A stretch of 64,000 nucleotides of DNA from Thermoanaerobaculia bacterium (GTDB taxonomy: Bacteria > Acidobacteriota > Thermoanaerobaculia > UBA5066): assembly GCA_963719225.1 (NCBI GenBank), contig CAVRAY010000001.1:448001-512000 (forward strand), in the 5' to 3' direction. This document shows, in pieces, positions 29,134 through 38,260 of the stretch. How positions within the stretch are numbered: the stretch's first letter is position 1; every line of letters begins with the position of its first letter. The position numbers and the translations under genes are program-made. Below the pieces are notes generated by a model that saw only the letters and a program-made list of their open reading frames with translations, did not search any database and was not told the DNA's origin.

Positions 29134-29142
29134 ATTCTAGCA
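29134..29142 (-). promoter_or_regulatory. Putative extended -10 promoter (TGcTAGAAT) for the wzc-NRPS operon
   Basis: The minus strand reads ggTGcTAGAATccgcgcttccctGAGGAGccgccACG, an AT-rich hexamer in GC-rich divergent intergenic DNA. Confidence 0.5.
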
Positions 29143-29317
29143 CCTTGAGGCTGCGACTCAGACGCCTGTTTCCCGCGGGCGCACCCCTGTCGCATAATCC
29201 GCCTTCACCCGCCGGTGCGTCTCGGACGATCGGGCTCGTTGGCTGAACGTATCTCCGCTGATCGCGCAGGAGTTCCGTTCCGGAAAAGTGAAATCGAGAC
29301 GGCGCGGAAGGAGGGCG

Positions 29318-30658
29318 ATGGAAACCAGTTCGTTCCGCTCGGCGCACGAAGCCGGACTCGCCGGGGCGATCCGGGACCATTCGGCCCTCGTGGGGATCGT
29401 CGGGCTCGGCTACGTCGGCCTTCCGATGGCGCTCGCGTTCGCCGAGAAAGGCTTCTCCATCCTGGGCTTCGACGTCGACCGGGCGAAGGTCGACGCGCTC
29501 GCCCGCGGCCAGAGCTACATCAAGCACCTCGACGGCGGGAGGCTGGCCGCGGCCGTCGCGACCGGGCGCTTTGCGGCGAGCTCGGATTTCTCGAGGCTCA
29601 GGGAGCCGGATGCGATCCTGATTTGTGTCCCGACGCCGCTCACTCCGCAACGCGAACCGGACATGACGTTCGTCGTGTCGACGGCGGAAAAAATCGCGAA
29701 GACCCTCCGGCCCGGCCAGCTCGTCATCCTGGAGTCCAGCACGTACCCCGGCACGACCGACGAGCTCCTGCGGGGCCTTCTCGAGACGCCCGCTCTTCGG
29801 GCCGGTCGGGACTTCTTCCTGGCCTATTCGCCCGAGCGCGAGGATCCCGGCAACAAGCAGTTCGGGACGACGTCGATCCCGAAAGTCGTCGGCGGAGTCG
29901 ATGAGGTGTCGGGCGACCTCGCGCAGCTCCTGTACGACCAGGTCATCGCCAGGACGGTCCGGGTCTCGACGGCGCGGACGGCCGAGGCGACGAAGCTCGT
30001 CGAGAACATCTTCCGCGCGGTGAACATCGCGCTCGTGAACGAGCTCAAGATGGTCTTCGACCGGATGGGCATCGACGTCTGGGAGGTGCTGGACGCGGCC
30101 GCGACGAAACCGTTCGGCTTCATGCGCTTCAACCCCGGTCCCGGCTGGGGCGGCCATTGCATCCCGCTCGACCCGTTCTATCTTTCTTGGAAGGCCCGGG
30201 AATACGGCGTCGCCCCGCGATTCATCGAGCTCGCGGGGGAGGTGAACGTCGAGATGCCCGCCTACGTCGTCGGGAAGGTGCAGGCGGCGCTCAACGACCG
30301 GGGGAAGTCGGTCAAGGGCAGCCGGATCCTCGTGCTCGGGCTCGCCTACAAGAAGGACATCGACGACCCGCGCGAGAGTCCTGCGTTCGACGTGATCGAA
30401 AGGCTCCTCCACCTCAAGGCGGAAATCTCCTACCACGATCCCCACGTGCCGCGCGCGCCCCGGATGCGGACGTGGCCGGACCTTCCAACGCTCACGTCCG
30501 TTCCGCTCACGGAGCAGGTGCTCGCGGCGTCGGACGCCGTCGTCCTCGTGACGGACCACACGGCCGTCGACTACGCCCTGGTCGCCCGCGTGGCGCCGCT
30601 CGTCGTGGACACGCGCGGCGTGTATCGCGATCCTCTCCCGAACGTGGTCAAGGCGTGA
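29318..30658 (+). CDS. UDP-N-acetylhexosamine 6-dehydrogenase (WbpA/WecC family)
   Basis: GLGYVG, CVPTP, LESSTYPG, SPERE, KLVEN, GPGWGGHCIP, LGLAYK. SD GGAGGG precedes ATG 29318. Confidence 0.9.
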   Translation: METSSFRSAHEAGLAGAIRDHSALVGIVGLGYVGLPMALAFAEKGFSILGFDVDRAKVDALARGQSYIKHLDGGRLAAAVATGRFAASSDFSRLREPDAILICVPTPLTPQREPDMTFVVSTAEKIAKTLRPGQLVILESSTYPGTTDELLRGLLETPALRAGRDFFLAYSPEREDPGNKQFGTTSIPKVVGGVDEVSGDLAQLLYDQVIARTVRVSTARTAEATKLVENIFRAVNIALVNELKMVFDRMGIDVWEVLDAAATKPFGFMRFNPGPGWGGHCIPLDPFYLSWKAREYGVAPRFIELAGEVNVEMPAYVVGKVQAALNDRGKSVKGSRILVLGLAYKKDIDDPRESPAFDVIERLLHLKAEISYHDPHVPRAPRMRTWPDLPTLTSVPLTEQVLAASDAVVLVTDHTAVDYALVARVAPLVVDTRGVYRDPLPNVVKA

Positions 30659-31674
30659 GCGTGGCCTCTCCGACGGAAAGCGCCTTCGAAGGGCGGCTCG
30701 CGCTCGTGACGGGGGGAGCCGGCTTCATCGGGTCTCATCTCGTGGACGCGCTCCTCGCGCGAGGGTCGCGTGTCCGCGTCCTCGACGACCTCTCGAACGG
30801 CTCCCTCGGCAACCTCACCCACGCGGGTTCGCGGATCGATTTCGTCGAGGGGGACATCCGCGACGCCGAGGTCTGCCGCCGCTGCTGCGACGGCGCGACG
30901 TTCGTCTTTCACGAGGCGGCGCGCGGTTCGGTGCCGCGCTCGATGGCCGATCCGGCCGCCACGATCGCCATCAACGTGGCGGGCACGGCGAACGTCTTCG
31001 CGGCGGCCCGGGACGCGACGGTGGAGCGCATCGTCTATGCCTCGTCGTCGAGCGTTTACGGCGACTCCCCGACTCTTCCGAAGCGCGAGGGCGAGGAAGG
31101 CAAGCCGCTGTCTCCGTACGCGGTCTCGAAGGCGATGGACGAGGAGCTCGCGGATGTTTACGCGCGGTGCTTTGGGCTGCTCCTCGTCGGGCTGAGGTAC
31201 TTCAACGTGTACGGGCCGCGGCAGGATCCGGAGGGCGCCTACGCGGCGGTGATTCCGCGGTTCTTCAAGGCGTGTCTCGCGGGCGAGGCGCCGATCGTCT
31301 ACGGGGACGGGGAGCAGTCGCGCGATTTCACGTACGTCTCCGACGCGGTGGCGGCGAACCTCGCCGCCGCGGTCGCTCCCGCCGGCTCGTGCGGCCGCGC
31401 GTACAACGTCGCCGGAGGCCGAAGGACCACGGTGAACGAGCTCGCCGATCTCGTCCGCGGCGCCGCGGGCCGCGGACTCCCGTCCGAACACCGTCCCGTG
31501 CGGCCTGGAGATATCCCGCACTCGCTCGCGGACCTCACCCGGACGCGGGCGGACCTGGGCTACGCTCCCGCGGTGGAGCTTCGGGAGGGCCTCGGACTTT
31601 CCGTCGCGCACTACAAGGCGGTCCTCGGAGCTTCGACGCGCCCGGTCTGGGGCCGCCCGGGAGTGCCGGGGTGA
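30655..31674 (+). CDS. NAD-dependent nucleotide-sugar 4-epimerase (WbpP-like SDR)
   Basis: TGGAGFIGSH, ASSSSVYG, YAVSK, LRYFNVYGPRQ. GTGA overlap with the upstream gene. Confidence 0.9.
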   Translation: MSVASPTESAFEGRLALVTGGAGFIGSHLVDALLARGSRVRVLDDLSNGSLGNLTHAGSRIDFVEGDIRDAEVCRRCCDGATFVFHEAARGSVPRSMADPAATIAINVAGTANVFAAARDATVERIVYASSSSVYGDSPTLPKREGEEGKPLSPYAVSKAMDEELADVYARCFGLLLVGLRYFNVYGPRQDPEGAYAAVIPRFFKACLAGEAPIVYGDGEQSRDFTYVSDAVAANLAAAVAPAGSCGRAYNVAGGRRTTVNELADLVRGAAGRGLPSEHRPVRPGDIPHSLADLTRTRADLGYAPAVELREGLGLSVAHYKAVLGASTRPVWGRPGVPG

Positions 31675-32528
31675 CCGAAACGACGGCCGGGCCGGCCGTC
31701 GTCGTGATCCGGCCGAGCACGGGCTGGGTCGCGCTGAACCTCGCCGAGCTCTGGGCGTACCGCGAGCTCCTCTTCTTCCTCGTCTGGCGCGACGTGAAGG
31801 TCCGCTACAAGCAGACGGCGCTCGGTGCGGCATGGGCGATCCTGCAGCCTCTCCTGAGTATGGTCGTGTTCACGATCTTCTTCGGGCGGCTCGCCGGCGT
31901 GGGCTCCGACGGCCTGCCCTATCCGATCTTCTCCTACGTCGGCCTCCTGCCGTGGACGCTTTTCTCGCAGGGCGTCAATCAGGCGTCCACCAGCATCGTG
32001 TCGACGGCGACCCTCGTCCAGAAGGTCTATTTCCCGCGCCTGATCATTCCGCTGGCGGCCATCGTGTCGGGTCTCGTCGATTTCGCGGTCGCGTTCGTCG
32101 TCCTCCTCGGAATGATGCCGTTCTACTCGGTGCGGCCGTCCTGGAAGCTCGTCTTCCTCCCGGCTCTTCTCCTTCTCGCCTTTGCCGCGACGACGGGAAT
32201 CGGCCTCCTTCTCGCCGCGCTCAACGTGCGCTATCGCGACGTGCGTTACATCGTGCCGTTCTGCATCCAGCTCTGGCTCTTCGCGACTCCGGTCATCTAT
32301 CCGATGAGCCGCGTCGCCGAGAAGCTCGACGCGCTCGGCATTCCGCTCTGGATCTACGGCCTGAACCCGATGGTCGGCGTCGTGCAGGGCTTCCGCTGGT
32401 CGGTCCTCGGCGCCGGAGCGGGGCTCGAGAGCGTCCTCGTCGCTTCCATCGCCGTTTCCTGTCTTCTCTTCGGGGCCGGACTCGTCTCGTTCCGCCGTCT
32501 GGAACGGACGTTCGCCGACGTCGTATAG
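31671..32528 (+). CDS. wzm: Polysaccharide ABC transporter permease
   Basis: YRELLFFLVWRDVKVRYKQTALGAAWAILQP, multiple TM segments, LNPM and a C-terminal FADVV. Confidence 0.9.
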   Translation: MTETTAGPAVVVIRPSTGWVALNLAELWAYRELLFFLVWRDVKVRYKQTALGAAWAILQPLLSMVVFTIFFGRLAGVGSDGLPYPIFSYVGLLPWTLFSQGVNQASTSIVSTATLVQKVYFPRLIIPLAAIVSGLVDFAVAFVVLLGMMPFYSVRPSWKLVFLPALLLLAFAATTGIGLLLAALNVRYRDVRYIVPFCIQLWLFATPVIYPMSRVAEKLDALGIPLWIYGLNPMVGVVQGFRWSVLGAGAGLESVLVASIAVSCLLFGAGLVSFRRLERTFADVV

Positions 32529-32537
32529 GAGCCGCAC

Positions 32538-33785
32538 GTGAGCGTCGCGATTCAGGCACGCGGGCTCGGGAAGCGCTACCGCATCGGCGCGCGGCAGCGC
32601 GGGTATCGCACGCTGCGCGAGTCGATCTCCGAGGCGGCGACCCTACCCATCCGCTGGATGCGCGGCGAGGCGCGTGCGGCTGCGTCCGCCGAGACGATCT
32701 GGGCCTTCCGGGACATCTCGTTCGACGTGCAGCCCGGCGAGGTCGTCGGACTCGTCGGGCGGAACGGGGCCGGCAAGAGCACGCTCCTCAAGGTGCTGTC
32801 GCGGATCACGGAGCCGACCGAAGGCGTCGCCGAGATCCACGGCCGGGTCGGTTCGCTCCTCGAGGTCGGCATGGGTTTTCATCCGGAGCTGACGGGCCGC
32901 GAGAACATCTTCCTCATGGGCGCGATCCTCGGGATGAAACGCGCCGAGACGCAGCGGAACCTCGACAGCATCATCGCGTTCGCGGAGATCGACCAGTTCG
33001 CGGACACACCCGTGAAGCGCTACTCGAGCGGCATGTTCCTGCGCCTCGCCTTCGCGGTCGCCGCCCACCTCGAGACGGAGATCCTGCTCGTCGACGAGGT
33101 CCTCGCGGTGGGCGACGTCTTCTTCCAGAAGAAGTGCCTCGGGAAGATCGGCGAGATCGCCCGGGCGGGACGGACGGTCTTCTTCGTGAGTCACAACATG
33201 GCGGCCGTGCAGAACCTCTGTACGCGCGGCATCTGCCTGAGGCCCGGCGAGGTCGCCGTGGACGGGCCGATCTCGACGGTCATCGACGAATACCTGCGGA
33301 CGCTCCGGGACGATTCGCAACCCTCGAACACGGCGCTCGACGTCGTCCCGCGCCCGCCCGGGATGGGCGAGTCGCTCCGGTTCCGCAAGGCACGCATCGA
33401 AGGCCTCGAGGAGTCGCACGTCCCGATGTGGGCCCCCTTGCGTGTGAGGATCGAAGTGGAGGCCAGAGAGCGGCTCCAGGACCTCTCGGTCGGATTCAGC
33501 GTCTTCTCGCCCGACGGCGTGCACCTCTTCACGTGCGAGACGGGCGACGGCGGCGGCGGTGTCGCCCTCGAGGCCGGTGCCGTCTGGCGGGGCGTCGGCG
33601 TCCTCGACCACCCGAACCTCGCGCCCGGGCACTACGTTGTCGGCCTCCGCGCGCGGTGCGGGCCGCGGGTGGTCGACGCCGTGAACGGGGCGATCAACTT
33701 CGAGGTCGGGCCCCTCGGGATCTCGCCCTGGACGAAGTCGGATCGGCAATTCCGGCCGAGCTCGGAATGGACGATCGACGAGTAG
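32538..33785 (+). CDS. wzt: Polysaccharide ABC transporter ATPase with C-terminal Wzt_C-like domain
   Basis: GRNGAGKST, YSSGMFLRLAF, LVDEVLAVGD, VSHN, plus a ~150-aa C-terminal extension. Confidence 0.92.
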   Translation: MSVAIQARGLGKRYRIGARQRGYRTLRESISEAATLPIRWMRGEARAAASAETIWAFRDISFDVQPGEVVGLVGRNGAGKSTLLKVLSRITEPTEGVAEIHGRVGSLLEVGMGFHPELTGRENIFLMGAILGMKRAETQRNLDSIIAFAEIDQFADTPVKRYSSGMFLRLAFAVAAHLETEILLVDEVLAVGDVFFQKKCLGKIGEIARAGRTVFFVSHNMAAVQNLCTRGICLRPGEVAVDGPISTVIDEYLRTLRDDSQPSNTALDVVPRPPGMGESLRFRKARIEGLEESHVPMWAPLRVRIEVEARERLQDLSVGFSVFSPDGVHLFTCETGDGGGGVALEAGAVWRGVGVLDHPNLAPGHYVVGLRARCGPRVVDAVNGAINFEVGPLGISPWTKSDRQFRPSSEWTIDE

Positions 33786-33859
33786 GCGCGGATCCCGTCC
33801 CCGCGGCCGAGGCGGAGTTCTGGCGGCCGGAGGGCGCGTCCCCGGCGAGGGGCGGTGCC

Positions 33860-34810
33860 GTGTCGGCGGGCGTCGCGGTCGTCATCTGCACGTATGAACG
33901 GCCGTCGAGCCTCGCGAGGTGCATCGCCTCGTTGAAGGGCCAGACCCGGAAACCGGACACACTCCTCGTCGTCGACGCGAGCCGGAGCGCCGAAAGCGAG
34001 CGCGTGCTCGCCGGGGATCGTACGCTCGAGAGCGCGGCCGGCCGCGTCGGATACCTCAGAGTCGCCGAGCGCGACCGCGGCCTCACGCGGCAGCGCAACG
34101 TCGCGCTCCGCCGCGTCACGGAAGACCTCGTCGCCTTCTTCGACGACGACATCGTCCTCGGTCCGACCTGCCTAGCGGCAATGGAGGCGGTCCACCGCGC
34201 GCACGAAGACGCGGTCGTCGGAGTCGGCGCGATGATCGAGGGACAGCCGGAGAGCCCGAACGTCCTGTGGCGCCTCCGGCGCGCTCTCGGCATCGTTCCT
34301 TTCCTGACGCCCGGCCGCTATTGCCGATCCGGGATGTCGATCCCGTGGAGCTTCCTGCGTCGGGACGAAGGCATCGCCGAAGGCGATTGGCTGCCCGGCG
34401 GCGCCGTCATGTGGAAGACGACGGCGGCGCGCGAGGTGGGATTCAACGAGGCCTTCGCGGGCTACGGCCAGGGAGAGGATCTGGACTTCTCGCTGCGGGT
34501 TGCGCGCCACGGCCGGCTCCTGATGGCGTGCGGGGCGCGCCTCCAGCACCTGCACGAAGAGAGCGGACGCCCCGACCCGTTCCGGATCGGGTACATGGCG
34601 ATCCGAAACCGGTACGAAATTCATCGCCGCGGCCTCTCCGATCGCAGGACCAGGGACGTTCTCTGGTTCGCTTACGCGTGGGGCCTGGACTCACTCCTTC
34701 TACTCCGTCACGCGTTCGTCCCGTCGCGCGCGGCCGGTGTCTTCCGCCAGCTCGCCGGCCGCGCCCGCGCGGCATGGGAGCTCGCGCGCGGGACCGCGGA
34801 GTCGCGATGA
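33860..34810 (+). CDS. Glycosyltransferase family 2
   Basis: VVICTYERP, RQRNVAL, FFDDD, GQGEDLDFS. GTG 33860 follows GAGGGG; alternative start ATG 33767. Confidence 0.85.
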   Translation: MSAGVAVVICTYERPSSLARCIASLKGQTRKPDTLLVVDASRSAESERVLAGDRTLESAAGRVGYLRVAERDRGLTRQRNVALRRVTEDLVAFFDDDIVLGPTCLAAMEAVHRAHEDAVVGVGAMIEGQPESPNVLWRLRRALGIVPFLTPGRYCRSGMSIPWSFLRRDEGIAEGDWLPGGAVMWKTTAAREVGFNEAFAGYGQGEDLDFSLRVARHGRLLMACGARLQHLHEESGRPDPFRIGYMAIRNRYEIHRRGLSDRRTRDVLWFAYAWGLDSLLLLRHAFVPSRAAGVFRQLAGRARAAWELARGTAESR

Positions 34811-35658
34811 GCGCGAAGGCGGGCACCCTCCTCCTGTTCTGGGACTACGACACCCAGTGGGGCGCCGACCGCTCGAGAAGCGGGGGAGGGCCGAAAGCCT
34901 GGGGGCCGCTCGAGTTCGCGAACACGGAGCGGCTGCTCGAGCTGCACGCCGCACATGGCGTCCCAACGTGCTTCGCGGTCGTGGGCGCGGCCGCTTTACC
35001 CGGCGAGCGCCCCTATCACGACCCGGAGCAGATCAGGAGGATCCACGCCGCGGGACACGAGGTCGGAAGCCACGCTTTTCGCCACGAATGGCTCCCGGCG
35101 CTCGGTGCGTCCGCCCTGAGGGAGACGCTCGCGTCGTCACGCGACGCGCTCGAGCAGTGCATCGGAGGACGCGTCGTCTCGTTCGTCCCGCCGTTCAACC
35201 AGCCCTTCGACTATGCGGGCGGAGGTTCGTTCAGCCTCTCGGAGCGGAGGGAGGTTCCGCGCGGGCGGACCGACCTCCGGCGGTTGTGCACCGCGCTCGG
35301 CGAAACGGGTTACCGCTTCGCGCGCGTCGCCTACCGGCCGATCGCGCAGAGGCTCGCGGAGCGCGTCCGCGGCCGTCGGCTCGATCGCCCCTCGCGGCTC
35401 GTCACGATCGACGGCCTTTCCTGCGCCCGGCTCAACACCCCGGGGGGCTTCGATGCCGCGTCGATGTCGATGGTCGAACGCGTCGCGAAAGAAGGCGGGA
35501 TCGCCGTCGTCTATGGGCATCCGCATTCGCTGCGCGCGGGCGGCGCGCAGGACGAACGGCACCTCGTGCCGTTCCTGGAACGAGTCCGGGCCCTCGCGCG
35601 CGAGGGCCGGCTCGAGGTCCGTCTTCCCCGCGAGCTCCTGGGCGGAGGCGGCGCGTGA
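34807..35658 (+). CDS. Polysaccharide deacetylase (NodB-like)
   Basis: FWDYD, GHEVGSHAFRH, FVPPF, YGHPH. ATGA-coupled to the upstream gene. Confidence 0.75.
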   Translation: MSAKAGTLLLFWDYDTQWGADRSRSGGGPKAWGPLEFANTERLLELHAAHGVPTCFAVVGAAALPGERPYHDPEQIRRIHAAGHEVGSHAFRHEWLPALGASALRETLASSRDALEQCIGGRVVSFVPPFNQPFDYAGGGSFSLSERREVPRGRTDLRRLCTALGETGYRFARVAYRPIAQRLAERVRGRRLDRPSRLVTIDGLSCARLNTPGGFDAASMSMVERVAKEGGIAVVYGHPHSLRAGGAQDERHLVPFLERVRALAREGRLEVRLPRELLGGGGA

Positions 35659-36821
35659 AGCTCTGCGCCGTTTCGTTCAAGGAATGCTGGCCCGGTCCGG
35701 ACGGTCGCTGGATGTCGGACGGCGGATTCCCTCTTCAGATGAGCGCGCTCGCGACCCTCTTCGACGCGATGACGCTCGTGACCGTCGTCGGCGCGCCCCG
35801 CGGCGGCGGCATCCCGCTCCCTCCCTCACTCACGGTCGTTCCGGTGCCGAAGCCCGCGGGCACCGGATGGCGCCGGAAGCTCGACGTCGTGCGATCGAGT
35901 CCCGCGCTCGTGAGGACGCTTCGAAGCGCCTACCGGAAGGCGGACGTCGTTCACACGCCGCTCCCCGGGGACATTCCGCTCGTCGGCTTCGTCGTGGCGC
36001 TTTTCTCCGGCAAGAGGACGATCGCGCGGTACGGCGGCTCCTGGAGGCCGACTGCCGAAACGACCTTCATGAACCGCGTCACGCGTCAGCTCATGCGCTT
36101 CGCCGCGCACGGCTCGAACGTGATGCTCGCGACCGGCGATCCCGCGGACGTCGACGAGTCGCGCGTTCAGGCGATCTTCTCGACAGCCCTCTCCGAAGCG
36201 GAGCTCGCGACCCTCGGTGCGCCGGCCTCCCGCGCACCTCTGCTTCCGGCGCGCGCCGTCTATGCCGGCCGCCTCTCGCCCGAGAAGGGTCTCCTCGTTC
36301 TCATCGAGGCTCTCGTGCGGCTGCGCGCGCGGGGGGCGCCGATGCCGCGCGTCACGATCGCGGGAGAAGGTCCGCAGCGCGCCGCGCTCGAGGCCGCCGC
36401 CCGATCCGGCCGCGTCGCCGAAGCGATCACGTTCGCGGGCCAGCTCGACCGGAGGGCGCTGTCGTCCGCCTTCGCCGATGCCGACTTCTGCGTGCAGCCC
36501 TCTCTCACCGAAGGGTTCAGCAAGGCCTGGCTCGACGCGTTCGCGCACGGGGTTCCTGTCCTCGCGTCCGACGTCGGCGCGGCCGGCGCCGTGATCGGCC
36601 GGTCGGGCGAGCGCGGGTGGCTCGTGCCGCCGGGCGACCCGGAAGCGCTTTCGCGCGCCCTGGAAAGGGTCACCGCCGAGGGGCGCGACTGGACGCACCT
36701 GCGCGCGGCGTGCCGGACGTTCGTAGAGGGGCGGACGCTCGAGGCCTGGACGCGCGAGATCGGGCGCCTGTGCGTCGAACGGATGGGGCTGAGGCTCGAG
36801 CATGGGAAGCTCTGCCCATGA
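35655..36821 (+). CDS. Glycosyltransferase family 4
   Basis: YAGRLSPEKG, GEGPQ, PSLTEGFSKAWLDA...GVPVLASDVG. Confidence 0.85.
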   Translation: MKLCAVSFKECWPGPDGRWMSDGGFPLQMSALATLFDAMTLVTVVGAPRGGGIPLPPSLTVVPVPKPAGTGWRRKLDVVRSSPALVRTLRSAYRKADVVHTPLPGDIPLVGFVVALFSGKRTIARYGGSWRPTAETTFMNRVTRQLMRFAAHGSNVMLATGDPADVDESRVQAIFSTALSEAELATLGAPASRAPLLPARAVYAGRLSPEKGLLVLIEALVRLRARGAPMPRVTIAGEGPQRAALEAAARSGRVAEAITFAGQLDRRALSSAFADADFCVQPSLTEGFSKAWLDAFAHGVPVLASDVGAAGAVIGRSGERGWLVPPGDPEALSRALERVTAEGRDWTHLRAACRTFVEGRTLEAWTREIGRLCVERMGLRLEHGKLCP

Positions 36822-38260
36822 ACGTCGCCGTCCCCGATCGGTTCGGTCTCGCCCGCGGGGCGCAGAGAGTCGCCGCGCGGCCAGACAGCCCGGCCTTCGC
36901 GGGACGGCTGCTCGTGGTGCTCGTCACGGCGACGTGGGCCAGCAGCCTTTTTCTCGACCTGACGGTCGTCGTCGAGGCGCTCACTGTCATCGGGTTCGCC
37001 GCCGCCCTCGCCGGCGTCGTCAACCCCGCTGCGGGACTCATGGGCGTTGCCATCCTCGGCGCTCTCGACGCCGTGTCCCGCGTCTTCGTGTTCACGGGCG
37101 GACTCCTTCGCTGGAACACGCTGAGCTATTTCCTCCTGGCCGCCGCGGTGATCGGGTGGCGGACGCTGTCGCGCCTGAAGGGCCGCTCGATCGTGCTCCT
37201 CGTGCTGTTCCTGGTCCTCCTCGTGGTGGAGATTCCGTTGGGGACGGACCTCGAGAACGGACTCGCGCACGTCCTGAGCCTCGCGGCCATCCTCGGGCTC
37301 CTCGTCTTCGTCCTCCGGGGGACCCGGCAGGCCGACGTCTGGCCGTGGGTCGCGATCGTGTCCGGCTTTCTCGCGGCAGGAGGCGGCTTCGCGTTCTACC
37401 GGCACGGAGCGCTCGGCGATCTGATCAATCCGAACGCCTGGGTGTACCTCCCGCTCACGGCTCTCCTCCTCGCGGACGTCGCGCTCGCCGTTTCGCCGAT
37501 GTCCGCCGCGGCGAGACGGACGATCGTCGTCCTGTCGGTCTTGAACCTTGGCTGGGCTTTCCTGAGCGGAAGCCGGGGAGGGTTTTTCGCTGCGGTCGTC
37601 GCGATGACCTATCTCGTTCTGGGAGGGCGCACGTCTTTCAAGGCCCGCGTCGGCGCCCTCGTCGCCCTAGCGGGCGTCGCTGCCGTGACGGGCCTCTTCG
37701 GCGATCTCCAGGAGGAGATGGACGCCCGCCTCACGAAGCTCCTCGACCCCACACGCACGCTCGCGAGCCGGACGAGCGGCCGCTCGGACCTCGCGATCGC
37801 GGGCTGGCACGTCTTCCTGGAGCATCCTCTCGGCGTCGGAACCGGAGGCTTCGCCGCCGCGGGCGAAGAGCTCGGCCGGCGCGAGAATCTCTCTCTCTAC
37901 CGGGGCCGCGGTGCGACGCAGGCCCACTCGGCATGGATCAAGACACTCGCGGAAAACGGCGTTCCCGGGATCCTTCTCTTCGCGGGCTTCGTGCTCTCTT
38001 TCGTCCTGACGGGCTTTCGAAGGCGCCGGGACGGGCTCTTCGGCCTTGGCCTCCTGACGACCGCCGTTCTGGCCGTCTCGTTTCTCTCGAGTGAATTCCA
38101 GGCGAAGGGACTGTGGCTCTTCGTGGCCGCGGCGATGGTCACGCTCGAGGCGCGGCCGCGTCTCGGCGACGCGCGCCGGGCGCCACATGTGACGGCGCCC
38201 CTCGCCGACGACGGTCGAAACCCATGGAAAACGAACGCGAACGCCCCCGCGTCGCGCTGA
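36818..38260 (+). CDS. O-antigen ligase / Wzy-like polytopic membrane protein
   Basis: About 12 hydrophobic segments, with INPN, LSGSRGG, SGR...HPLGVGTGGF and QAHSAWIKTLAENG. Confidence 0.8.
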   Translation: MNVAVPDRFGLARGAQRVAARPDSPAFAGRLLVVLVTATWASSLFLDLTVVVEALTVIGFAAALAGVVNPAAGLMGVAILGALDAVSRVFVFTGGLLRWNTLSYFLLAAAVIGWRTLSRLKGRSIVLLVLFLVLLVVEIPLGTDLENGLAHVLSLAAILGLLVFVLRGTRQADVWPWVAIVSGFLAAGGGFAFYRHGALGDLINPNAWVYLPLTALLLADVALAVSPMSAAARRTIVVLSVLNLGWAFLSGSRGGFFAAVVAMTYLVLGGRTSFKARVGALVALAGVAAVTGLFGDLQEEMDARLTKLLDPTRTLASRTSGRSDLAIAGWHVFLEHPLGVGTGGFAAAGEELGRRENLSLYRGRGATQAHSAWIKTLAENGVPGILLFAGFVLSFVLTGFRRRRDGLFGLGLLTTAVLAVSFLSSEFQAKGLWLFVAAAMVTLEARPRLGDARRAPHVTAPLADDGRNPWKTNANAPASR

